In this document: piece after piece, positions 15,929-24,695 of the stretch
Layout: the number at the start of each line of letters is the position of its first letter
Position numbering within the stretch: the stretch's first letter is position 1
Assembly (NCBI GenBank): GCA_020057765.1
Contig: JAGVFE010000093.1
Coordinates: 1 to 26,429, forward strand
Source of the DNA: Candidatus Woesebacteria bacterium
GTDB lineage: Bacteria > Patescibacteriota > Microgenomatia > UBA10105 > UBA927
Length of the DNA stretch: 26,429 bases
Reading direction: 5' to 3'
Position numbers and translations under genes: made by a program
Notes under the pieces: generated by a model
Seen by the model: the letters and a program-made list of their open reading frames with translations, nothing else
Databases searched by the model: none
What the model was told of the DNA's origin: nothing

Positions 15929-17142
15929 TTTCTCCTTCCTTGTCCCCAAATACAGATTACCATGATGTGCTGCAATCCCTTCGAATGCTGATTTCTCCAA
16001 CCCAATGGAAAGAAGGGAGTGCGCTGACGTGGGCGAGGCAGTGGTTTAGTCAGCGTCTTGCAGAAGGGGAGTTGGCGTTTTTTAACAGCGGCAGGTCCGC
16101 GCTTTTGGCACTTTTGCAAGCATTTGGCATCAAGGTAGGGGATGAGGTGCTCGTGCAGGCTTTTACCTGTGTTGCGGTGTCCAATAGTGTTTTATGGGTG
16201 GGAGCCAAACCCGTGTATGTGGATATTGATGAGACTTACAATATGGATCCGAAAGATGCGGAGAACAAAATTACAAAAAAGACAAAAGCGCTGATCATTC
16301 AGCACACCTTTGGAATTCCGGCTCAAGCAGACAAGCTCCTTTCGCTTGCAAAAAAGCACAACCTTCCGGTGATTGAAGACTGTGCTCACGCCCTTGGCGT
16401 AGCCTATCATGGCAAAAAGTTAGGTACACTCGGCGACGCCTCGTTTTTTAGTTTTGGCAGAGACAAGGTCGTGTCGAGCGTGTGGGGAGGAGCGTCATAC
16501 ATTAATGACAAATGCCAAATTCCAAATGCCAAATGGAAATTAAGAGAAATCGAAAAAAAATTACAATACCCATCATTTTTTTGGATATTTCAGCAATTGT
16601 TGCACCCGATCGCCTTCTCTCTCATTCTCCCGTCGTACAATATTGGAGTGGGGAAGGCAATTCTGGTTGCATTGCAAAAAATGAAATTGCTTTCATTTCC
16701 GGTCTATCCGGAAGAAAAAAGTGGTCAACAACCCGATGAGTTTCCGAAACGATATCCAAACGCGCTAGCGGCGCTTTTAAAAGTTCAACTCACAAAATTG
16801 GATCAATTACTTCAACAGCGCCGCGCTTGCGCACAACAATACTGGACAGCATTAAAATCGCATCCAGAAGTTCAATTATTGCCATTTTCCAAAGAAGCCG
16901 GCTGGTTGCGGTTTCCCATTCAAGTTGACGATCCGGAGAAATTGCTATCACGGGCCAAACAATCGGGCATATTGCTCGGCAACTGGTATCACAACACCAT
17001 CGATCCGACTGGTGTTGATTATGAGGCGATTGGTTACAAAGCAGGTTCGTGTCCCAAAGCCGAATTTGCCGCCCGCCACATCATCAATCTGCCGACAAAT
17101 GTTATCCCAGAAGAAGCTAGTATAATACTATCGTATGTTTAA
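15925..17142 (+). CDS. DegT/DnrJ/EryC1/StrS family PLP-dependent aminotransferase
   Basis: SGRSAL, GDEV, VYVDID, QHTFG, IEDCAH, FSFGRDK (Schiff-base Lys), INLPT. Confidence 0.9.
   Translation: MISPSLSPNTDYHDVLQSLRMLISPTQWKEGSALTWARQWFSQRLAEGELAFFNSGRSALLALLQAFGIKVGDEVLVQAFTCVAVSNSVLWVGAKPVYVDIDETYNMDPKDAENKITKKTKALIIQHTFGIPAQADKLLSLAKKHNLPVIEDCAHALGVAYHGKKLGTLGDASFFSFGRDKVVSSVWGGASYINDKCQIPNAKWKLREIEKKLQYPSFFWIFQQLLHPIAFSLILPSYNIGVGKAILVALQKMKLLSFPVYPEEKSGQQPDEFPKRYPNALAALLKVQLTKLDQLLQQRRACAQQYWTALKSHPEVQLLPFSKEAGWLRFPIQVDDPEKLLSRAKQSGILLGNWYHNTIDPTGVDYEAIGYKAGSCPKAEFAARHIINLPTNVIPEEASIILSYV
16509..16536. repeat. Heptanucleotide tandem repeat (CAAAT[GT][CG])x4 inside the DegT gene
   Basis: CAAATGC CAAATTC CAAATGC CAAATGG, with degenerate flanks TTAATGA and AAATT. 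Confidence 0.85.
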
Positions 17143-18100
17143 TTGGGTAGATTATGTCATCGTCGGTGTGGCTATTTATTATAGTTTGGAAGGATGGCGG
17201 ACCGGCTTGCCGTACCTTCTGACGAGCCTTGGTTCTTTTTTGGCGTCCCTGTGGTTAGCCGTCAAGTTTCACACACAGGTTGGGAATTTTTTAGGAGAAA
17301 AATTCGGATTACCGGCGCTTTGGACCACAGTATTGGGGTATCTGATCGTTGCGCTGGCAAGCGGGGCGATCATTTCTGAAATTTTGGCGCAACTGGTGGC
17401 GCGGCTTCCGAAAAAAGCAAACTCGTCTGTTGCCAGCAAAGCTGCTGGCGCGTTAGCGTCGGCCGTCAAGGGGCTGGTCATCGTAGCATTCATATTATTG
17501 GTTATCCTTTCATTACCTCTTCGCGGGAATATTAAAAATGACATTAAAGCCTCCGTGTTGTCAACTCATCTTGTTCGGCTTGCGGAACGGTATGGCGGGT
17601 CAGTCAAATCCTCGCTGGATGAGGTTACAGAACAAGTACAGCGTTTTTTGACGATAGAGCCGAATTCCAAAGATCGGGTTGCTCTTGATGTGGCGCCAAA
17701 AGCAAGTGATCTGTCTGTTGACGCTCCATCGGAGGAAAAAATGATTGCGTTGGTTAATGGCGAGCGGGCAAAGTCGGGAGTTGAGACTTTACGGTTGGAC
17801 ACTTCTCTGTGGCAGGTAGCCCGCAAACACAGTCGCGATATGTTTGAGCGGCGTTATTTTTCTCACTATGACTCAGAGGGACATGATGCCAGCTATCGCA
17901 TGGATGGTGCCGGAATTTCTTATACGATTGTCGCAGAAAATTTGGCGTATGCGCCTGATGTAACCATTGCCCATAAGGGGCTCATGGAAAGCGAGGGACA
18001 CCGGCGCAATATATTGGACAGCCAGTTCCATCGCGTCGGTATCGGCATCGTAGACGGCGGATCCAATGGCAGAATGTTTACTCAATTATTTGCGGATTAA
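17135..18100 (+). CDS. CvpA-family membrane domain fused to a C-terminal CAP (SCP) domain
   Basis: NWVDYVIV...EGWRTGL and several TM helices, then VNGER, ARKHSRDM, YFSH, AENLAY, SEGHRRNIL. Confidence 0.88.
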   Translation: MFNWVDYVIVGVAIYYSLEGWRTGLPYLLTSLGSFLASLWLAVKFHTQVGNFLGEKFGLPALWTTVLGYLIVALASGAIISEILAQLVARLPKKANSSVASKAAGALASAVKGLVIVAFILLVILSLPLRGNIKNDIKASVLSTHLVRLAERYGGSVKSSLDEVTEQVQRFLTIEPNSKDRVALDVAPKASDLSVDAPSEEKMIALVNGERAKSGVETLRLDTSLWQVARKHSRDMFERRYFSHYDSEGHDASYRMDGAGISYTIVAENLAYAPDVTIAHKGLMESEGHRRNILDSQFHRVGIGIVDGGSNGRMFTQLFAD

Positions 18101-18103
18101 TAT

Positions 18104-19114
18104 ATGTCTTATGAACTTGCTACGATAATTTCACGAAAAGAATGGGATTCATTTTTTTTGGACCACGGACAGTACGCTTTTTTTCAAAGTTGGTTGTGGG
18201 GACAATTGCAAGAAAGATTGGGTTTTCAGGTATGGCGCTATGGCATATACGAGGGGAAAACATTACGAGGTATTGCGCTGGTCGTCAAGGTTGTCGCACG
18301 ACGTGGCTCGTTCCTTCAAATCAGACATGGACCGATTTTTGACACGCAAGGTAAAGAACAGTGGAAGTGGTTTCTGACAGAGATAAAAGCACTTGCCAAA
18401 AGCCAAAATGTCTGGTTTATCCGGTTAAATCCTCTTATAGAAAACTCAATAGATAATCGAACTTTTTATTATTCCTTGGGATTGAAGCCAGCAGCCATTC
18501 ATGCGATGGACGCCGAATATACATGGGTCTTGCCGCTAGAAAAAAGCCAGGAGGAATTGCTTTCGGGAATGCGAAAGACGACTCGGTACGAAATTCGCCG
18601 TGCCATCAATGCGGGTGTCACGATAGAAAAGACGACTGACCCGGCACAATTGAAGCTATTTTTCTGTCTCTATGACGAAACAATGAAGCGCCAAGATTTT
18701 GTCCCCAATCGTGGGATTGCCGAGGAGTTCGACGTATTTGCCAAGGAAGGAAAAGCGTTGCTGCTCTTGGGTTCTTATCAGGGGAAGATTTCGGCAGCCG
18801 CTATCGTCTTGTTTGATAGCAATCAAGCGATCTATCATTACGGGGCCTCGATCCCTTCAGATGTTGGGGTATCCTATCTGGTACAGTGGGAAGCAATCTG
18901 TGAGGCAAAAAAACGGGGGATTTTACAGTACAATTTTTGGGGTATAGCTCCACAAGACAATCCTCGTCATCCTTGGCGAGGAATAACATTGTTCAAAACT
19001 GGGTTTGGAGGCAGTGTCCACGAATATATTCACGCGCATGACCTACCAATATCCCCTCAGTATATCATTCCAAGATTTATTGAGACATGGCGACGGTGGC
19101 GTAAGGGATATTAA
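18104..19114 (+). CDS. FemABX-family aminoacyl-tRNA-dependent transferase (short FemX-like form)
   Basis: FFQSWLWG, HGP, MRKTTRYEIRRA, YHYGAS, QWEAI.EAKKRG, YNFWGI, FKTGFGG. 336 aa with no obvious coiled-coil insertion. Confidence 0.9.
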   Translation: MSYELATIISRKEWDSFFLDHGQYAFFQSWLWGQLQERLGFQVWRYGIYEGKTLRGIALVVKVVARRGSFLQIRHGPIFDTQGKEQWKWFLTEIKALAKSQNVWFIRLNPLIENSIDNRTFYYSLGLKPAAIHAMDAEYTWVLPLEKSQEELLSGMRKTTRYEIRRAINAGVTIEKTTDPAQLKLFFCLYDETMKRQDFVPNRGIAEEFDVFAKEGKALLLLGSYQGKISAAAIVLFDSNQAIYHYGASIPSDVGVSYLVQWEAICEAKKRGILQYNFWGIAPQDNPRHPWRGITLFKTGFGGSVHEYIHAHDLPISPQYIIPRFIETWRRWRKGY

Positions 19115-19134
19115 TAGCGTATACTTTATTTTTA

Positions 19135-19497
19135 ATGAAAGAATTACTTCGGAAGCACCATATTTCAATAAAAACCGCTTTTTCCGGACTTGTTTGGGCT
19201 CTGACTACGCAGCCAAACTTTCGCATTCATCTTTTTGTGTCGGCGGTGGCATTAAGCTCCGCTTTCTTTTTGAGAGTTAGCAAAGTTGAATTGATTATTA
19301 TTGTCTTTACTGTGATGCTGGGTTTGGTTGCAGAGATGATCAACACAGCTATTGAATCGGTTACGGATCTGGTGACGAGCGAGTGGAAAAAGGAAGCAAA
19401 AATTGCCAAAGATGTATCTGCCGGCATGATGTTGACCGTGGCTATCGGAGCAATTGTTGTGGCAGCCATCATTTTTTGGCCATACGTTTTTGGTTAA
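19135..19497 (+). CDS. dgkA: Diacylglycerol kinase family protein (DgkA/undecaprenol kinase)
   Basis: AFSGL, NFRIH, EMINTAIESVTDL, AKIAKDVSAG, three TM helices. Confidence 0.9.
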   Translation: MKELLRKHHISIKTAFSGLVWALTTQPNFRIHLFVSAVALSSAFFLRVSKVELIIIVFTVMLGLVAEMINTAIESVTDLVTSEWKKEAKIAKDVSAGMMLTVAIGAIVVAAIIFWPYVFG

Positions 19498-19501
19498 TCC
19501 T

Positions 19502-20545
19502 ATGAACCTTCTTCTTGGCGTCGTTTTATTTTCGTGGTTCGTGTCCAGTTTGCTTTATATCCCCTTCATACGGATTCTTTATACCTTCAAGATGCGGAGA
19601 ATGCGGCAGGACACGCGGGACGCGTTCAACAAACGAACACCAATTTTTGACTCACTTCACCAGGCCAAAGTAGGCACACCCGTCGGGGGTGGCTTACTCA
19701 TCATTGTCCTTACGACGATTCTTTTTCCATCGATTCTTTTGTTGATTAAATATTTTTGGATCCCTATCACGTCTGTTTATCCGTTACTTTCGGAGGTAAA
19801 GATTATTTTGTTCACCTTTGTTTCTTTTGGATTGCTTGGATTTTTAGATGACGCCAAAAAAACGTTTGCCCTGCAGGACAAAGAGTTTTTCGGGCTACGG
19901 CTTCGACATAAATTAGTCCTTGAGATCGTTCTGGCTACTATCGTTAGCGTCTGGCTCCTGACGGATTTAAAAATTGATATTCTTTATATTCCACTTCTGG
20001 GAGTTTTCCATTTGGGGTGGTGGTATGTGCCCTTTGCGGTCTTTACTATCATCGGTTTTTCTAATGCGTACAACATTACCGACGGACTCGATGGATTGGC
20101 AACAGGGTTGCTGATGATTGCGCTGACTGCGTTTTGGATAGTATCAGCATCCATTTTAGATACGCCCTTGTCTTTATTTATCGCACTTTGGATGGGAGGG
20201 CTTATTGCCTTCCTTTATTTTAATATATACCCCGCGCGTATTTTCTTGGGCGACGTGGGCGCATTATCTTTTGGTGCCACGTTGGCGGTAATCGGTTTGC
20301 TCTTGGGTAAGGCGCCTGTGCTATTAATAATTGGAGCTCCGTTTATAGTAGAAGTTGCTTCGTCATTTGTTCAGCTAAGCTGGAAGAAGCTTTTTGGCAG
20401 GAAACTTTTTGCGGTGGCTCCACTTCACTTGTGGCTGCAGCACAAAGGGTGGCCGGAGCCAAAAGTCGTCATGCGGTTTTGGACCATAGGGATAGTCTGT
20501 GCACTCTTCGGGTTGTGGCTGGCCATTTTGACAAAATCAGCATGA
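19502..20545 (+). CDS. mraY: Phospho-N-acetylmuramoyl-pentapeptide transferase
   Basis: GTPVGGG, GFLDD, NAYNITDGLDGL, IFLGDVG, APLH. Start taken as ATG 19502, just after the dgkA stop. Confidence 0.92.
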   Translation: MNLLLGVVLFSWFVSSLLYIPFIRILYTFKMRRMRQDTRDAFNKRTPIFDSLHQAKVGTPVGGGLLIIVLTTILFPSILLLIKYFWIPITSVYPLLSEVKIILFTFVSFGLLGFLDDAKKTFALQDKEFFGLRLRHKLVLEIVLATIVSVWLLTDLKIDILYIPLLGVFHLGWWYVPFAVFTIIGFSNAYNITDGLDGLATGLLMIALTAFWIVSASILDTPLSLFIALWMGGLIAFLYFNIYPARIFLGDVGALSFGATLAVIGLLLGKAPVLLIIGAPFIVEVASSFVQLSWKKLFGRKLFAVAPLHLWLQHKGWPEPKVVMRFWTIGIVCALFGLWLAILTKSA

Positions 20546-21642
20546 TCCGGCGAATTCATAAAAGCAGTAAAGCTCCTCCTGATCGTTGGCTCTTTGCAAT
20601 CGTCGGAATTCTTTCATTTTTCGGCATTCTGATGGTCTATGATTCATCTGTCGCCATTGCCATCCGCGAATTTGCCGATCAGTATTATTTCGTCAAAGAG
20701 CAATTCCGCTGGCTCATCATCGGTTGGTTTGTGTGTAGTTTTTGTACACTGTTTGACTATCATAGATGGTACAAATTAGCGCTGCCCCTTCTTGGGATTA
20801 CAGTAGTACTTCTTCTTGCTGTATTTTTTCCGGGTATCGGGGTCCGCGCGCTGGGCGCGAATCGATGGATTAATCTCGGATTTTTTATACTGCAGCCTGC
20901 AGAGCTGGCCAAATTTTCCATCGTTGTCTACCTTGCCGCGTGGTTTTCCGTCAAGGAAAAAGGCAGATTTCTCGCATTTTTGATCCTCATTGCTATGGTT
21001 TTTGGTCTTGTCATCATTGAACCAGACATGGGCACTGCAGCAATCATATTGCTCATCGCCCTGTCACTATATTTTTTTTCCGGTGCACCACTGTGGCACT
21101 TTGGGATGCTTTTGCCCATTTTGGCAGTGGGATTTATTGGCCTTGCCGTCGTTTCTCCGTACCGCATGCAACGACTTACCTCGTTTATCAATCGGGAACA
21201 TGATCCGCTTGGGGCATCCTACCAGATCCGGCAGATCCTTTTGTCGCTTGGATCCGGTGGCGTTTTTGGTTTGGGATTGGGACAATCGCGGCAAAAGTAT
21301 GAATATCTACCGGAGGCAAATACAGACGCGATCTTTGCCATCATCGGCGAAGAACTCGGCTTCATTGGTGCCATAGGAGTCATTTGTTTCTATGCTATGT
21401 TGCTTTGGCGGGGATTTCGGATAGCCAAAGAGGCACCGGATCGATTTGGTCAGCTATTGGCAGCCGGCGTAACTTCGTGGATCGGGATTCAGACGACACT
21501 CAATTTGGCCGCTATGGTGGCCATCATGCCGCTTACCGGAATTCCTTTACCTCTGATATCATACGGGGGTTCGAGTTTGGTTAGCGTGCTTGCAGGTCTT
21601 GGCATTTTGCTCAATGTCAGTAGGCAACGGAAAGTCAGTTGA
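20542..21642 (+). CDS. ftsW: SEDS peptidoglycan polymerase FtsW
   Basis: GANRWI, QPAELAK, EPDMGT, YQIRQ, LPEANTDAIF, TGIPLPLISYGGSS. ATGA overlap with mraY. Confidence 0.95.
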   Translation: MIRRIHKSSKAPPDRWLFAIVGILSFFGILMVYDSSVAIAIREFADQYYFVKEQFRWLIIGWFVCSFCTLFDYHRWYKLALPLLGITVVLLLAVFFPGIGVRALGANRWINLGFFILQPAELAKFSIVVYLAAWFSVKEKGRFLAFLILIAMVFGLVIIEPDMGTAAIILLIALSLYFFSGAPLWHFGMLLPILAVGFIGLAVVSPYRMQRLTSFINREHDPLGASYQIRQILLSLGSGGVFGLGLGQSRQKYEYLPEANTDAIFAIIGEELGFIGAIGVICFYAMLLWRGFRIAKEAPDRFGQLLAAGVTSWIGIQTTLNLAAMVAIMPLTGIPLPLISYGGSSLVSVLAGLGILLNVSRQRKVS

Positions 21643-21643
21643 T

Positions 21644-22693
21644 ATGACAAAAAAACATACGATATTTATAACCGGCGGACATGTCACACCGGCAATTGCC
21701 GTCATTGAAGAAATCCGCAAGCGCAAATTCCCGTGGCAGATTATTTTTGTCGGCAGAAAAAATGCACTCGAGGGCGAAAAATCTGTATCGGCAGAATATG
21801 ACGTGATTACGGGAATGGGCATATCCTTCTTGCCCTTGGTTGCTGGTAGGATTAGTCGTGTCTTGACGCCATTTTCTTTTTTATCGTTGCTTAAAATTCC
21901 ATTCGGATTTCTCCAGGCATCTTGGTATGTGCTGTCGCACCGCCCAAAACTCATTATATCTTTTGGGGGTTATGTAGCGGTGCCGGTGGCTATGGCTGCA
22001 GCATTTTTTAGTATTCCTGTTGTAACACATGAGCAGACACTTCGTTTGGGTTTGGCCAACCGTATTATCGGTCTTTTTGCTAAAAAAGTTTTTTATAGTT
22101 TCGTTACCGGGTTGCCGATGCGACAGGAGTTGTTTCATCCGCCGGCAAAACCTACATTTGTAGTTGCCAACAATAAACCAATTCTTTATATTACCGGCGG
22201 TTCAACTGGAGCTGTATCCTTAAATGAACGACTAGCCCCATTGATGAAAGATTTGCTGGACACCTGGTGCATCATTCATCAGTTAGGGCAGCAATCTCAT
22301 AGAGAGGCGCTTGGTGATACCTATATCACCGCTCCCTATTTTTCAACATCAGATGTTGCATGGATATATAAACATGCTACCCTGATTATCTCAAGAGCTG
22401 GAGCAAACACCGTTTGGGAACTAGCGGTGCTTGGCAAAATTGCGCTCCTTATTCCGCTTCCGTGGTCTGCCGAAAATGAGCAACTCAATAATGCCCGGTG
22501 GTTAGCCGATAAAGGATCTGCCATCGTGTTGGAACAAAAAGATGCGACGTCAGAAAGACTCAAGGAGGTTTTAGACGGAATGGTCAAGCAAAAAAGCGAG
22601 CTTTTGGCTGCCGCAAAGACGTTGCAACCAGATATGCCTCGTGATGGAGCAAAACGGATGGTTGAGGAGATTGCTACAATGGTTGTCGGATGA
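21644..22693 (+). CDS. murG: MurG glycosyltransferase
   Basis: TGGHVTPA, FGGYVAVP, HEQT, TGGSTGA, SRAGANT, EQLNNA. Confidence 0.93.
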   Translation: MTKKHTIFITGGHVTPAIAVIEEIRKRKFPWQIIFVGRKNALEGEKSVSAEYDVITGMGISFLPLVAGRISRVLTPFSFLSLLKIPFGFLQASWYVLSHRPKLIISFGGYVAVPVAMAAAFFSIPVVTHEQTLRLGLANRIIGLFAKKVFYSFVTGLPMRQELFHPPAKPTFVVANNKPILYITGGSTGAVSLNERLAPLMKDLLDTWCIIHQLGQQSHREALGDTYITAPYFSTSDVAWIYKHATLIISRAGANTVWELAVLGKIALLIPLPWSAENEQLNNARWLADKGSAIVLEQKDATSERLKEVLDGMVKQKSELLAAAKTLQPDMPRDGAKRMVEEIATMVVG

Positions 22694-23382
22694 GTGCTTC
22701 GGTCATGTTTCGAAAATTTGGTCGTCCTGCCGTCTTGGTAGTTGCCGCATTGATACTCAGCGGTGTTGTGTTTTGGGTGGTGACCAGCGCGTTTACTCTT
22801 ACGAGGGTAGAAGTTGTAGGCGACGGCGTAGGTCTGACCATCGATCAAAAAAAGTTACCCAAAAATCTATTATTGCTTCCTACCGATAAGCTCCAGGCAA
22901 GCCTGATCCGGCAATATCCGCTCCTTTCATCGATAAAAGTGACCAAGCGGTATCCGCACACACTCATCATTGCCGCAGTCACACGCAAACCCATTGCACG
23001 AATCACCACGGCGTTCGGCATTTTTCTACTCGATCCTGATGGAGTAATAGTCGATGAGAAAAAATCATCAGACAGCCTGCCGATTCTAGACATGCCGGTT
23101 GCATCCATCGCCATCGGTTCCAAACTATCAGATCCTGCAGTCGTAACGGCCCTTGGTCTGTTGGCAATAATTAATCCAGCGATCAACATAGAGCGTATTG
23201 CTATCAACAACGGCACATCGCTAGTTGCCAAAACACCAACAACAGACATACTAATTACTCAAGATGCCAACACAGAGGCCATTGCGACTACTTTACAAAC
23301 GCTCTTTGAGGGGTTTAGAATAAAAGGTACACTGCCCACGCGGATTGATCTCCGTTTTGATAAACCGGTTGTCACATTTTAA
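22690..23382 (+). CDS. ftsQ: FtsQ/DivIB-like protein
   Basis: Single TM, POTRA-like segment (IKVTKRYPHTLII), C-terminal IDLRFDKPVV. Lies between murG and ftsA. Confidence 0.75.
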   Translation: MSASVMFRKFGRPAVLVVAALILSGVVFWVVTSAFTLTRVEVVGDGVGLTIDQKKLPKNLLLLPTDKLQASLIRQYPLLSSIKVTKRYPHTLIIAAVTRKPIARITTAFGIFLLDPDGVIVDEKKSSDSLPILDMPVASIAIGSKLSDPAVVTALGLLAIINPAINIERIAINNGTSLVAKTPTTDILITQDANTEAIATTLQTLFEGFRIKGTLPTRIDLRFDKPVVTF

Positions 23383-23385
23383 ATC

Positions 23386-24689
23386 ATGGCTCGCGATCGC
23401 ATCGTTTCCGGCATAGACGTCGGCACTTCAAAAATCACTACCCTCATTGCGTCAGCCAATGATGATGGGTCGGTCAATGTCCTTGGAGTTTCCACCGTAC
23501 CAAGCAAAGGCATTCGGAAGGGACAAGTCGTCAATATTGAGGAAGCAACTGCGGCAATTTCGTCCTCGGTTGAGGCCTCCGAGCGCATGGCAGGAACCAC
23601 GGTTGCCTCAGCAGTCATCTCTGTGGGTGGCAATCATATTGCTTCCATCAATTCCCATGGCGTGGTAGCAGTTGCTGAACCGGATAAAGAAATTACACCA
23701 AACGATGTCAAGCGTGTCATTGATGCGGCCAAGGCCGTGCAGCTGCCGCAGTCGCGTGAAATCCTCCATGTGCTGCCGCGCGGCTACATAGTCGACGGAC
23801 AGGAGGGAATCGTCGATCCGGGTGGAATGTCGGGTGTGCGGCTTGAAGTAGATACCCATTTGGTCACAGGTGGGGCTACTGCGGTGCGGAATTTGTATAA
23901 ATGTGTGGAGGAGCTTGGTGTAGAAGTTGCGGCAGTTGCTTTTGGCGGATTGGCCTCTGCCTATTCCTCAACAACGGAAACGGAAAGAGAATTGGGCGTC
24001 GTGGTTATTGACATCGGCGGCGGTACCACTGATGTGGCAATTTTTGTCGATGGAGCGCTTTCGTATTCCTCCGTTGTTCCAATCGGAGCAATCAACATCA
24101 CCAAAGATATTGCCGCAGGTATGCGCGTGTCGTTGGAAAGTGCAGAGAAAATAAAATTATTGCTCGGCCAATCACCCAAGTTTCCAACCCTTCCGAGCGA
24201 AGTCGAGGAAAAAGCCAAACCCAAAAAGACTGAGTCGGAAGAAGATTTGGACCTGCGGGGACTGGGGTTGCCTGAAGAGATGACCACGGTATCCAAAAAA
24301 ACGCTCGTGGAGGGTATCGTTAAACCCAGACTCAATGAAATATTTACCATGGTAGGGCTCGAGATAAAACGGAGCGGCTTTGGGGACTTACTCCATCCGG
24401 CCTAGTGCTTGCCCGCGGCGGAGCACTTACCGTGGGAGCCGTTGAAGCGGCCCGGCGCAACTTGGCCATGCCGGTCCGCGTGGGTATGCCTATGTACATG
24501 TCCGGACTCATCGATGAGATCAACTCGCCGGCGTTTTCAACAAGCGTTGGATTGCTCCTTTACGGAACCAAATCAGGAAAAACTGAATTCGGTACATCGC
24601 TTTCGGGACTGTCAAAAGTAAAAGATCGTATAAAAATTGCAGGTGTTGCCGGAAAAGTGGTAGATTTGATAAAGTCCTTTTTACCCTAA
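23386..24689 (+). pseudogene. ftsA: Cell division protein FtsA, split by a 1-nt frameshift near 24393 (genuine lesion or sequence error)
   Basis: Frame 1 has GIDVGTSK and DIGGGTT and stops at TAG 24403-24405. The -1 frame continues PSGLVLARGGA...PAFSTSVGLLLYG to 24689. Adding one C at 24393 gives a contiguous 434-aa FtsA. Confidence 0.85.
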
Positions 24690-24695
24690 ACCTTT

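Noticed and set aside
24361-24405. Programmed -1 ribosomal frameshift in ftsA
   Set aside because: No canonical slippery heptamer at the shift point and no precedent known to me. Error or mutation is simpler.
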